Shown here piece by piece: positions 28,325 to 38,793 of a DNA stretch of 64,000 nucleotides. The notes beneath the pieces are model-generated. The model saw nothing but the letters and a program-made list of their open reading frames with translations. It made no database searches and was not told where the DNA came from. The stretch comes from an uncultured bacterium (GTDB lineage Bacteria > Verrucomicrobiota > Verrucomicrobiia > Limisphaerales > UBA8199): contig CAVVMW010000023.1 in assembly GCA_963749495.1 (NCBI GenBank), positions 192,001 to 256,000 on the forward strand. Direction: 5' to 3'. The position numbers and the translations under genes are program-made. The first letter of the stretch is position 1; each line of letters starts with the position of its first letter.

Positions 28325-29734
28325 ATGAATACAAACTCCGTCAGAGCAGCAGTAATCGGCAAAGACGGCCGCACAAGTGCGATAATGGAAGCCCTCAGCA
28401 GAAGCCGGCGGATTGCTGATGAAGTTGACTGCCTGTCCCAATGGAAAACCTTCTCGTTTGCCTCAAGCCGTTTCGAGGAAGTTCGTCTCTATCTCCAAAG
28501 ACTGGAGAAGCTCAATCGAAAACCGGATCTTGTCGTGTGCGGCCCGGAAGAACCTTTGGCAACGGAGGAGGGCATCGTAAATTGGTTACATAGCCAATTT
28601 GGAATCCCATGCGTCGGTCCCACGAAAAAAGTCGCGCAAATTGAATCAAGCAAGTCTTTCACGCGCCAATTGCTCGCCAAACACGCGATACCGGGAAATC
28701 CAAAGTTCAGGATTTTTCCCGCTCTGAGCGGGATCGAACCTTATCTCAAAGAATTAGGGAGTTTTGTTGTAAAACCCGACGGTTTAACCGGTGGAAAGGG
28801 CGTCAGAGTTTTCGGTGAGCACCTTCACTCGATTGCAGATGCGCTTTCTTACTGCCGGGAGGTCCTCGAACAAAGACACCCTTCCGTTTTAATCGAGGAA
28901 AAACTAGACGGCGAAGAGTTCAGTCTCCAGTCGTTTTCCGACGGCATCCATGTCAAACATATGCCAGTCGTCCAGGATCATAAACGCGCACGCACGGGCG
29001 ACACAGGTCCCAACACTGGGGGCATGGGCTCATATTCGTGCGCCAACCACACCATGCCGTTTCTGCGTCCAGACGATCTCCGGGAGGCGCGCGCTATCAA
29101 CGAACTTGTCGTGAAAGCATTGCTGGAGGAAACGCGTGAGCCTTACAAGGGCATTCTGTATGGGGGGTTCATGGCGACGCGCAACGGCGTTCGCCTAATC
29201 GAATATAACGCACGATTTGGCGATCCGGAGGCACTGAATGTACTCTCATTGTTGAGAACCGATTTTCTGGACGTTTGCGAGGCCATCCTGCAGGGCACAC
29301 TCAACAAATTGCCAATCAGATTTGAGAAGCTAGCGACAGTATGCAAATACGTTGTTCCTCTAGGATATCCAGAACATCCCGTCAAGGATGAGGTTATCGA
29401 TTTGACCGGCGTGCCTGCCAGATCAGCGAGCCTGAGAATGTTCCTCGCGGCGGTTGATAAAGTTGATAAAAGTGACGGCCGATTGTTTCGTTTGTCTGGC
29501 TCTAGGGCAATCGCCTTTGTCGGTATCGGTGCAGATGTTGCAGAGGCAGAAAGGATCGCCGAAAGAGCGGTCTGCGCCGTACGAGGTCCAGTCTATCACC
29601 GGAAAGACATCGGGACACAGGAGCTGATCGCAAAAAGAGTTGCCCACATGCGAAGACTGCTCTCAGATGATGCAGAGGTCGTAGGCGCGCATGATTACGC
29701 CCATCGGGCTGGTGTTCTCAAGCTAGTATCGTGA
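28325..29734 (+). CDS. purD: Phosphoribosylamine-glycine ligase (PurD)-family ATP-grasp enzyme, archaeal-type, divergent N-terminus
   Basis: GPEEPL, IESSKSF, VVKPDGLTGGKGV, QDHKRA..GDTGPNTGGMGSYS, EYNARFGDPE, TVCKYVVP.GYP. Confidence 0.88.
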   Translation: MNTNSVRAAVIGKDGRTSAIMEALSRSRRIADEVDCLSQWKTFSFASSRFEEVRLYLQRLEKLNRKPDLVVCGPEEPLATEEGIVNWLHSQFGIPCVGPTKKVAQIESSKSFTRQLLAKHAIPGNPKFRIFPALSGIEPYLKELGSFVVKPDGLTGGKGVRVFGEHLHSIADALSYCREVLEQRHPSVLIEEKLDGEEFSLQSFSDGIHVKHMPVVQDHKRARTGDTGPNTGGMGSYSCANHTMPFLRPDDLREARAINELVVKALLEETREPYKGILYGGFMATRNGVRLIEYNARFGDPEALNVLSLLRTDFLDVCEAILQGTLNKLPIRFEKLATVCKYVVPLGYPEHPVKDEVIDLTGVPARSASLRMFLAAVDKVDKSDGRLFRLSGSRAIAFVGIGADVAEAERIAERAVCAVRGPVYHRKDIGTQELIAKRVAHMRRLLSDDAEVVGAHDYAHRAGVLKLVS

Positions 29735-29748
29735 AGGAGGATACCGCT

Positions 29749-30219
29749 ATGAAAAACCCCACGAAGATGGCCGAATCGCTTACCGAAGCTGTACGCGAGA
29801 GGGACCCTGAGCGGTTGCTCACACTCAATCGGTTATCGTTGCAAGCAAAGGTTGACCTTAGAGAGGCCCTGAAAATAGGAGCGCTTGCTCGGAAAGACCG
29901 AGAACAGCTCATTCAATGGGCTTGGCACGACAATTCCTCGATCAAACAAGCAGCGAGGACGTTGATCTTACTGGTTGACCTGGATCTCGCAGCATGCTGT
30001 TTTGAAAAGTTTCTGGCCACCGGTCACCTGAGTCCTCCATTTGAACTCCGTTACAACAGTTCAGAGCATGAGTTTCACGTGGACCTTCCTGAGACACCTG
30101 GCCGTGGCGTCTCCCACTATGGGCGAGACGACAAGGAAATTGATCGAATCCTCCTAGTCCTCGAACGTGCGTACCAGAAGATGTATCCACAACAAACAAC
30201 GTCCGGCTTTCGCACTTGA
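29749..30219 (+). CDS. Hypothetical protein (156 aa), co-transcribed with PurD-like gene
   Basis: Strong SD aggagg 8 nt upstream of ATG, directly after the purD stop. Confidence 0.7.
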   Translation: MKNPTKMAESLTEAVRERDPERLLTLNRLSLQAKVDLREALKIGALARKDREQLIQWAWHDNSSIKQAARTLILLVDLDLAACCFEKFLATGHLSPPFELRYNSSEHEFHVDLPETPGRGVSHYGRDDKEIDRILLVLERAYQKMYPQQTTSGFRT

Positions 30220-30274
30220 TGTTCAAGGGCAAGACCAAATGTCCCCGCGGTCCCGGGACTCGCACGATTCGCAC

Positions 30275-30310
30275 AAAAAGAGCCGCGCTGAAGTGCGCGG
30301 CTTTGACTTT
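30275..30310. terminator. Hairpin terminator between convergent genes
   Basis: aaaaag-agccgcgc-tgaagt-gcgcggct-ttgacttt. Confidence 0.65.
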
Positions 30311-30640
30311 ACAGGGCGAAGTACCCAACTCTCTCAAAGAACAATGGGTTGGATTCCCCACAATCACATGATCGAGAACTTCGATTTTCATGATCTGCCC
30401 CGCGCGGATGAGGTCGCGCGTCACCTTGATATCATCCTCTGACGGTTGCGGCTCGCCACTTGGATGGTTGTGCATCATCAGAATTGCGGCGGCGGCGGCG
30501 ATCACGGCACCTCGGAAAACGGCTCTCGGATGCACCAGGATTGTGTCCATGGTTCCGATGGAGATGAACTGATGCCCTCGGACGCGGCGCCGAGTGTTCA
30601 ACAGCAAGGCCGCGAAGCAGTCGCACTCCGGGTTGAAGCA
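30309..30640 (-). pseudogene. radC: RadC/JAB-domain protein, 5'-truncated
   Basis: LVHPRAVFR, HNHPSGEPQPSEDD, EVLDHVIVG, SLRELG. Likely true end GYFAL* after a 1-nt indel; N-terminus replaced by higA. Confidence 0.8.
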
Positions 30641-30708
30641 GCGGTTTCCCGGCAGGTCCTGCCACGCTCTGCTGGGGAACAACTGGAACGCTATCCAGGG
30701 AAACGAGA

Positions 30709-31026
30709 TCACGCCCCTGCCGGCTCGAACGTCGCCAGCGGCTTCACGTCACGCTCGATTTGCTGCTGCTTCGCGTACCGCGCCAACCGCAAATCATAGT
30801 CCGCCTGCAAGCCGGTCCACATTTCCGCCGAAGTGCCGAAGAAGCGGGCGAGCCGCAATGCCGTGTCGGCGGTGATCGCGCGCTTCTCCAGCACGATCTC
30901 ATTGATACGCCGTGGCGGCACCTTCAGCGCGCGAGCCAGAGCGTTTTGTGACAACCCGTGCGGCCTCATGAGTTCCTCCCGCAGAATTTCCCCCGGATGT
31001 ATCGGGGCCAGTTTGTTCGCTTTCAT
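30709..31026 (-). CDS. higA: HigA family antitoxin (HTH)
   Basis: PIHPGEILREE, RRINEIV..KRAITADTALRLARFFGTSAEMWTGLQ. Confidence 0.93.
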   Translation of the reverse strand: MKANKLAPIHPGEILREELMRPHGLSQNALARALKVPPRRINEIVLEKRAITADTALRLARFFGTSAEMWTGLQADYDLRLARYAKQQQIERDVKPLATFEPAGA

Positions 31027-31031
31027 AGCTC

Positions 31032-31256
31032 TCAGTGGTAATCCACAATTTCAACGCCCTGCGCGTGCTCACCCTGCCAGCGGAAGCAAATCCGCCACTG
31101 GTCATTGATGCGGATGCTGTGCTGGCCGGCCCGGCCGCCCCTCAGGGCCTCCAGACGATTGCCGGGCGGAGCGCGCAAATCGTCCAGTCGCCGAGGCTGG
31201 TGCAGCAGGAGCAATTTCCGCCGCGCCACGCGCTGAAGCCGCTTTGAGCGGTTCAC
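31032..31256 (-). CDS. higB: HigB/RelE toxin, apparently N-terminally truncated
   Basis: PPGNRLEAL.G.RAGQHSIRINDQWRICFRW...VEIVDYH; lacks the usual MIxSF N-terminus. Confidence 0.8.
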   Translation of the reverse strand: MNRSKRLQRVARRKLLLLHQPRRLDDLRAPPGNRLEALRGGRAGQHSIRINDQWRICFRWQGEHAQGVEIVDYH

Positions 31257-32260
31257 AATTTCAAGCCTCGGGCTTTGCCGGAGGTCGCTGACACCGCGTC
31301 CCGCAGTGGCGTTGCGCCAACTGCCGGGCTTCGGGGACTGGCTGGTGTGCGGCGTGAGCAGCCAACTCCATCAATACCTGCTGGCAAACGCTGATAGCGG
31401 TCGCGATAGCGGCCCGGAGAGACTCCGTTCATCTTGGCAAAAAAGCGGTTGAAATAGTACTCATCGGAGAACCGCAGCTTATCCGTGATGTCCGCCAACG
31501 TCGAGTTCGTGCCCAGGACCAGGCGGATGGCTTCTTCGTTGAGCCGCCGGTTGAGATAGGCCTTAATCGGCATCCCCAGCCGGCGCGAAAAGGCCTGGGA
31601 CAACGTCCGAGGATTGGTTTTGTAAGCGGCGGCCAGGTCGCGAACCCGCAGGTTGGCGGCCAATCGTTGGTCGATCGTTTCCAGCACCTTGCGGAACGGC
31701 TCGACTTTGTCCGCCCGGGCACGGAGGATACGGTCCAGGTCCGGCACGGCGTCGGCGATCCACCCAGCGAGTTGTCCACGCAACCGCAAGAGGAAGCTGG
31801 CCGTCAGTTTGGCGCCTCGGAGAACTGGTTCAAGCCATTCGGATGACCAGGGGCCCAACCGCGCCGGTTTCCGCTCGGGCCAGTCGAGGAACGGGTCGTC
31901 CCCCGCCAGCCATTCGCAGCAGAACTCAAGGAAAACCACGTCGAATCGGTCGCTGAAGGTTCGCTCGACCGGCGTATTGCCTGGCAGCCAATAGGCCCAT
32001 CCGGGTTCCAACTCGCACACCGCGCCCTGGTGAATCACCCGCGCGAGACCTCCACGCACCAACTCGAGGCGGTGCAGAGACTCGCTCTCGGGCTGGCCGG
32101 GGGGAGTGTTCGATTCCGGACCGACGGTCCTCTCGTAGAGCCCGAGAAACTTGAACCGCAGCCAGTTCTCGAGCTCCAGCTCCTGTCGGTTTTTTTCCCC
32201 AGTGAACAGGGTCCGGAATTGGCGGCCAGGGATGCGGTGGAGGGTGTCTCGGCATTTCAT
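31253..32260 (-). CDS. AraC-family transcriptional regulator
   Basis: C-terminal double HTH, LRFSDEYYFNRFFAKMNGVSPGRYR. Confidence 0.88.
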   Translation of the reverse strand: MKCRDTLHRIPGRQFRTLFTGEKNRQELELENWLRFKFLGLYERTVGPESNTPPGQPESESLHRLELVRGGLARVIHQGAVCELEPGWAYWLPGNTPVERTFSDRFDVVFLEFCCEWLAGDDPFLDWPERKPARLGPWSSEWLEPVLRGAKLTASFLLRLRGQLAGWIADAVPDLDRILRARADKVEPFRKVLETIDQRLAANLRVRDLAAAYKTNPRTLSQAFSRRLGMPIKAYLNRRLNEEAIRLVLGTNSTLADITDKLRFSDEYYFNRFFAKMNGVSPGRYRDRYQRLPAGIDGVGCSRRTPASPRSPAVGATPLRDAVSATSGKARGLKL

Positions 32261-32393
32261 AGTACGATGCAGGGTTAAGGCCTGCCTTCAAGCGCTGGGT
32301 CCACTTTAGCAATCTAACGCCAGGGAAAAAAAACGCAACTGGCTTGGGAAGGCTGGACAGTCGAATGCCGGCAAACTAAGCTGGGAACGAGCC

Positions 32394-33754
32394 ATGAGCC
32401 AAAGCATGGAGCGGCGTTGCAGCGTCACGTTTGCTGCCCTCACGGTCAGCTTGGTTTCGCTTTTGCCGGCCTTCGCGGCCAGCGATCTGGTCTGGCAAAC
32501 GGGCCCCGGTACCGTTTCGCCCATCTCCCTCCCCCGAAGGGCACCGCTCCGGGTTTCACGCTGCTCACTCCCGAGCAGACCGGCATTACGTTCAGCAATC
32601 GGCTCACCGACGCAACCGTGGCGAGGAACCGCCTGTATGAAATCGGCTCGGGGGTCGCGCTGGGCAATATCGATGGCGATGGCTTGGTGGACATTTATTT
32701 CTGCAGCCTCGAGGGGGCCAACGTGCTGTACCGCAACCTGGGGAATTGGCGGTTCGAAGATATTACCGCGGCGGCGGGGTTGGTCTGCTCCAACCAATTC
32801 TCGACCGGCTGTGTGTTCGCGGATGTCGATGGAGACGGATACCTCGACCTGCTCCTCAACAGCCTGGGCGGTGGCACCCGGCTCTTTCTGAACGATGGCA
32901 AAGGCCATTTCACCGAGAAGACCGATAGCGGGCTGCTGCGGCGATTTGGGGCAACTTCGATGGCCCTGGCGGATGTCGATGGCGACGGGACGCTGGATCT
33001 GTTCGTGTGCAACTACCGCACGGATACCATCCTTGACCATCCGCCGGGGGTGAACGTGAGCGTGCGCCAGGCGCCGGATGGGACACTGAGCGTCGAGCCC
33101 AGCGGCCGGTTTGTCGTGTTGCCCGGTTGCACCGGGATTCCCCAGGTCATCGAGCGAGGCGAACCCAGCTTCTTGTACCTCAACCGCGGCGCCGGCCGGT
33201 TCCTGCCAGTGCCATGGCACGTTGGGCTTTTTGTGGATGAGGATGGCCTGGCCCTGCGCGAACCGCCCACCGGCCACGAGGATGTGTTCCTGGCGCAGAA
33301 CTTCTTCGGCTTGGATGCGGAGACCTCGAGGCAGGATGCCGGGGTCGGATTGGTCCTGCTGGGAAACGGGCAGGGTGGCTTCCGCGCCTTGGGCCCTCAG
33401 GAGGCCGGGATCGCCATCTATGGTGAACAACGGGGCAGCGCCGTCGCGGATTTTGACGGCGACGGCCGGGTGGATCTCGCCGTGGCCCAGCACGGAGGGC
33501 CGACGCGATTGTTTCGCAATGTGCGCGCTGCGCCGGGCGTGCGCGTCCGGCTGCGCGGCTCGACGGACAACCCCCAGGCCATCGGCGCCTGTGTGCGCCT
33601 CCGCTGGGGCGAGAAGCTTGGCCCAGCGCGGGAGTTGCACGCCGGCAGCGGTTACTGGTCCCAAGACTCCCCTACCCTCGTCTTGGCCGCCCCGGCTCCG
33701 CCTTCCGCAGTCCAGGTCCGCTGGCCGGGCGGCCGGCAGCAGGTTTGGCCCTAG
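32394..33754 (+). pseudogene. CRTAC1/FG-GAP (VCBS) + ASPIC/UnbV protein, internally deleted and frameshifted
   Basis: DGDGLVDIYF, DVDGDGYLDL, ARELHAGSGYWSQDS; abrupt junction EPPT|GHEDVFLAQNFF near 33270; frameshift near 32510. Confidence 0.7.
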
Positions 33755-33870
33755 CCCGCCGCGGCCCGCTCGGTGGTGATTTCGCCAGAGGGCGTGCAGG
33801 CCCGTTGAAAAGAGAAAACCGGATGGAGGTCCATCCGGTTTTCGGTGATCCAGCCTGGCTAACGCGCGGT

Positions 33871-36800
33871 TTATTGGTGCGCGCGATAGAAAACAGAAAC
33901 GCCGCTGCTGGTCGGCGAGTACGGGCTGGTGGCGCCAGTCACCGCGGTATAAGGCCCGCTGACCAACGGGGAGGAGTACAAGGTCCCGGTGTAGGTAATG
34001 ACCACCTTCCCCTTCACCAACGCGATGCTGATCGTCGGCTTGGCCGTCAAGGCCGGAGCGTCGTCGAACGGCCAATAAGCCAGGAGGCTCGAGGCGGCGC
34101 TGATGGCGTCTGGAGCCGTGCCGCCGTATAGCGCGGCGATGTCCGATGGACTCAGGGCGGAGCTATAGACGGCGAAGTCATCCACCAAGCCGTGCATGGC
34201 CACGTTATCACCCAGGTCATAGCCGAGGTAAAGAACGTTGAAGTCGGTGGCCAGCGGCGAAGTCGAAGTCCCCTCGAGGAACATCTGCCCGTCAATCCAG
34301 ATCTGCTTGTCGGACAAGTTCTTGAAGGCTACCAAATGGTGCCAGTTGGTCCACCAATTGTCGGTATTGCCAAAATCAATGTAAGGCTGAAAACCGGTGA
34401 TGGCGGCACTGATGCGCTCGAGGGAGCCGTCGCAACAGCCAGAGGTGTCGAAATAGATATTATCATCGCTCCAAGGGAAATGAGCCTGGAATCCGCGCTC
34501 GGTGCCGCTGCTGGAAGGCGACACGCCCCAGAAGGCCGAACCTTGGGCGATATCGTATTTCTTGACCCACATCGAGAAAGTCATCACGTCGTTGCTCGAG
34601 GCGAAGTTGAGGAAGCTCGCGTCGGGCACCGTCACCCAGGCGGTCCCCCGGTACCGAAGTCAATCGCGTAATCGCCGGCCTTGCCGCTGTGGCCGCCCTG
34701 GTTGGGCGTATAGGCGGCCGTGCCGGTCAGCAGAGCGATATACTTGTGAGGCTTGTCGAGGCTGTAAACCGCCACGGTGAACGACCAGTTGTAGCTGGGT
34801 GAATTGGTGCCGTCCTTAAAGCTCACCGTCGCGGTGTGCTGAGATAGCGCCGCAAAAACCGGGCTCGGCACATAACTGACCGTGGTTTGACCGTTGGTCT
34901 TGCTCACCTTCGCGGTCACCGCCGTGCCGTCAATCTGCAGCTTGACGGTGCTTGGATCGACCGGGTTGGCCACGTCCGTAATGACGGCCGAGATCAGGTT
35001 CGGCGCGGCAGTGCTGTCGTTGGCCGGGGGGGTAATGGAGGAAACGTAGGCAGCCGAAAAGCTCGGCAGCCACTGGTAAGCCGCGATCGCGTTGGTGATG
35101 TCATTGATCAGCACGTCGGTGCCATCGGCATTGATCATGAACCACTCGAGGTTGGCGCCTCCGCCGACTTGTTGGTAGAGCAACCTGAACGGATACAGGC
35201 CCGGCTTCGGGATATAGAATTGGAACGTGGTGTCGGCCCACCCGCGGGTGCCATCGTACTGGCCGAGGATGTATGACCCGAAAGCATCAAATGGATTCAT
35301 GCCCAAGCTCACTCGGAACCCATCATCGCTGTTCACGTCCATCGTGTACAGCCCGTTGCTCGGGAACGACAACGCCGTGTAGAATTGACAAACGAAATTC
35401 TCGGTGTTGACGTATGTCACGGGATTGCCGGGGATCCCGGGGAAGTAGAAGTCCGGGTAGTCGGGCGCATTAAAGTCGCCATCGGAAGCGGTCGGAGTAA
35501 TGTCGAAATTGACGACATTGGTCCATACGAAGAAGCCATCCGGCCCCACACTGCCAAGGAGCGGATCGGCGTTCGTGTTGGCCACGTTGGGGCCATACGC
35601 TCCCTTTAACACGGCATTGGCCGTCGCCATGTTCCCCGCCACCACGTCATCAACCTGATAAGTCTCCTCCTTGAAACCGCGGAGCGTGGCCGCGCTGGCC
35701 GCCAAAAGCTGGTTGGTGGAGACCAGGGTGAACTGCTGCACCGCGAAGGATCCGCTGCTGGAGTAGCTGTTGCCTTTGGTATCCTTGATGGTCAGAGAGG
35801 CGGTATGGGTCGAGCCCGGCAGCAAAGGCGGGTTGGGGAGGACGTAATTGACCGTGATAGTGATGCCGTTGGTGGCCAGTGAACTGGGCGTCACGTTCTG
35901 CCCGTCCAAGGTCAAAACGATGGAACTGGTATCGGGCGCGCGGGTGCTGGAGGTGTACAGCAAATAGCTGAGGCCGTTACAATTGCCATCTAACGCGCCA
36001 ATCAACGGAGGATTATCGAAACTCCAATACGCCATGACGACCTCACCCGGCAGATTTGTGGGCGAGGTCCCGCTGTAAAGCAGGCCGATGCTGTTGGCGC
36101 TCAAGGCGGTGGAGTAGAAGGCAAAGTCGTCCATCCGAGCGTGCATCGGACCCGAGGCGTCCATGAGATTCCCCAGCCAGAAATCGGTGAAGTCGCTGGG
36201 CAGCGGCGAGGTCGAAGTCCCATCGAGGAACAACTGCCCGTCAATCCAGATCTGCTTGTCGGACAGGTTCTTGAAGAAGACAAAATGGTGCCAGTTGGTC
36301 CACCAATCGTCGGTGCTGCCAAAATCGATGTAAGGCTGAAAACCGGTGATGGCGGCGCTGATACGCTGGAGCGAGCCGTCACAACAGCCGGCCGTGTCGA
36401 AATAAATATTGTCATTGCTCCAGGGCGTGTGCGCCTGGAACCCGCGCTCGGTGCCGCTGCTGGAAGGCGACACACCCCAGAAGGCCGAACTCCCTGTGCT
36501 GGGGTTGATGTCGTATCGCTTTTGCCAGAAGGAGACCGACAGAACGTCGTTGCTGGTGGCGAAGTTCAACCACTGGGCGTTGCTGATAACGATCCCGGAA
36601 CCGCCCTTGGTCGTAAAATCGATGCAGTAATCGCCTGCGTTGCCCGAACGGGAAGCGGTCGAGAAGGTTGTCGGGCCCAGCAGCGTCCCCGGATAACCGT
36701 GGAGCAAATCGTCCACGGCGCCGCTTTGGGCCAGAAGGCTGGTGCTGAGTGGGCCGCCGAGCGCCAGCAGTACGCCCATGCCGGCAGCCGGGAACCAGCG

Positions 36801-36878
36801 CCTTCGGATCGCACCGGCTCGCAAGTGACTGGGCCGCCCGCTCGGCCTGTTCCGATTGATTTGTTGTTGTGGTATCAT
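33871..36878 (-). CDS. Secreted LamG-like (x2) / PA14-like protein with Ig-like C-terminal tail; frameshift near 34640
   Basis: Signal peptide, duplicated SAFWGVSPSSSGTERGFQAH...WHH...WIDGQ domain, VNSDDGF (PA14-like). Confidence 0.75.
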
Positions 36879-37301
36879 AGCTTTGTTTGTGTTGTTGGGA
36901 CCATTTTCAACGACAAGTAATATTCAAAACTACCCGGCACAATGGACGAATCGGCTGTGAATTTGCACTTTTTCCACACGCTCATGCTCGCCCACACGAG
37001 CGGACCCCGTTCCAGAATGCCGAGGCCAATCGGACAAGGCTGCCAACAGGATCGAATTCATGGAAGGGCGTCCCACCGAACGCCCCTCGATCGTGGCGGC
37101 CCTGGACGAGACATTCAAGAAGGCCCCGAAGTCCGAAAAGAAGGGCCAGCACCAGCACGACTTGCCCATGAGTAGGGCAAGGCGTGTGCCGGCGTGTTTT
37201 CCCGTGTTTCAGGAAGTCGCCGGAACTGCTTGGGATACAGCCGTTTGTGCGTTTTGCGGCGCCTCGGGCACCTGGCCGGCACTCCCTGAAACACCGGGCG
37301 A

Positions 37302-37324
37302 CACGATACTAAGTTTGATACTAC
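37302..37324. repeat. 23-bp direct repeat, copy 1 (tandem GATACTA; arm-site-like)
   Basis: cacgatactaagtttgatactac; 1 mismatch to 38158-38180. Confidence 0.8.
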
Positions 37325-37577
37325 TCGCCTCCGGCTGCGCTGCCGCGAGGCGGTCAAGCTTCTGAGGATCGGTCTCACTGAGCATGAGGTCGTCAATTCG
37401 ATCAAGTTGTTTGCGCACGCGGGCAAGTCGCAAATCGGGGTAAGCTTCCGCAGGCTGCGGGGCGGATTGCGGTGGTTGTGGATCTGGCGGTGGGGGTTCT
37501 GGCGCAGTGAACCGGCGGGAGCCAGGAGCGTGCGAGCAGCGGGCCATTTCTGCGGCATTTTCTGCGGTGAATCGCAC
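37325..37577 (-). pseudogene. Small mobile-element ORF, probably truncated at the 23-bp repeat
   Basis: MRFTAENAAEMARCS...LARVRKQLDRIDDLM...LDRLAAAQ, then runs into the repeat. Confidence 0.4.
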
Positions 37578-38157
37578 GAGGGTATTGTCCTAACGTCGTG
37601 TTGCTTCGTCAAGCCTTTCCAGACGTGATCCCCGAGCCTCGCGGCGGCTGCTGGAGTTTGGCGTGTGCTGAGCGTCTGCGGGATCGCCGTGCGGTTAGCA
37701 AGAATGGGCACCGGTCCATGGAAAGGGCGCGTGAGGGCAAATCCCAAAAACTCCCGTGTGTTAAAACCCTTTGTAGCGCATAGGCCAATCGGCGGCGGGG
37801 GGTGCCCCCCAGGGGTGTGGGGACGGGTCTGGCGATTTCCAGGGTCCCCATCGCCGGTCAACGCGGCGCCGAACGGGGCGACGCGCTGGCCGCCGGAGCG
37901 CAAGCGGCGCAGGACTTGGCCAGGGGCGCCGAAACCGCCTGGCCGAACGCGCCGTTTGCCCCAGGACGCGTTTTGATCCCCGCCGGGGGTCACAGAACAC
38001 CCGCCTGCCGTCAAGAGCCCCGTGACTCCCGGCCGGCGAGGGGCGCCACCCCGCCGCGGTTGCTCTCAAAGCGTCGCCTCGCGCCAGGGCGGGGAGTCGA
38101 AAGGGGCAGCCGGCGCCAGCAAAACGGAGCCCGTTTTCCGCCCTCCCCATTTCTCGC

Positions 38158-38180
38158 CACGATACTACGTTTGATACTAC
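38158..38180. repeat. 23-bp direct repeat, copy 2, next to the tRNA 3' end
   Basis: cacgatactacgtttgatactac, about 46 bp beyond the tRNA CCA. Confidence 0.8.
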
Positions 38181-38226
38181 GGGAGCCCTCCGGGCCGAAT
38201 CGAATCTGCGTAAGTCGTTGATGGAG

Positions 38227-38302
38227 TGGTGCCCCGGCCAGGACTTGAACCTGGAACCAATTGATTAAGAGTCAACTGCTCTGCCAATTGAGCTACCGAG
38301 GC
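38227..38302 (-). tRNA. tRNA-Lys (CTT)
   Basis: Reverse complement GCCTCGGTAGCTCAATTGGCAGAGCAGTTGACTCTTAATCAATTGGTTCCAGGTTCAAGTCCTGGCCGGGGCACCA: 76 nt, D/T loops, CTT anticodon, encoded CCA. Confidence 0.97.
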
Positions 38303-38403
38303 GACCAATGGATCGTGCCATCTGGTGTCTATTTTGCACCAGTACGCCGCAGAGGCAAGCTGTTTCGCAGGTTGTTATCAGAGAGGCTCAAGAAATCTTC
38401 GTT

Positions 38404-38585
38404 CCCGCCTGAAGGCGGGCGCATCCCGACACCCGCCGCCGACGCCGAAGGGCCGGAGCGCCGGCTTCAGCCGGCTTTGGACGTTCAATGTTCAAAGGGG
38501 CCCAAAGGGGTGCGGGTGCGCGCAGACCCGGCTGAAGCCGGCGCTCCGGGGGCGATGTCGGAATGCGGCCCCTGAAGGCGGCCTT
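38404..38585. repeat. REP-like inverted repeats
   Basis: ccggagcgccggcttcagccgg / ccggctgaagccggcgctccgg, plus cctgaaggcgg hairpins. Confidence 0.7.
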
Positions 38586-38793
38586 CCGCGGCGAACCGGG
38601 ATGCGGCCTTTGGGCGGCAGGATGGACGCTCGAATGTTTCGCCGACAGGCTGCCCGGCTGTCGAGAATCCCTGGGGATTGCCTAGGGCTTCCCTGGGATC
38701 AAAACCGGGAATTCCCAGGGTGGAGCAAAGCAGCATCTCCGATTACCATGTTCGACTGAAGTGCAAAACGAACGCTGGAAGAGAAAGACAAAC

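Larger units (their letters stand above)
21000..38226. mobile_element. Degraded genomic island / ICE remnant at the 3' side of tRNA-Lys (left boundary approximate)
   Basis: Adjacent to the tRNA 3' end. Contains R-M, radC, HigBA, DUF2806, leading-region-type hairpins and pseudogenes, with visibly more AT-rich segments. No integrase or att duplication found. Confidence 0.6.

Noticed and set aside
29942..30308. C-terminal extension of the radC ORF in the ORF track
   Set aside because: Read-through caused by a 1-nt indel; it crosses a terminator and overlaps a better-supported plus-strand gene.
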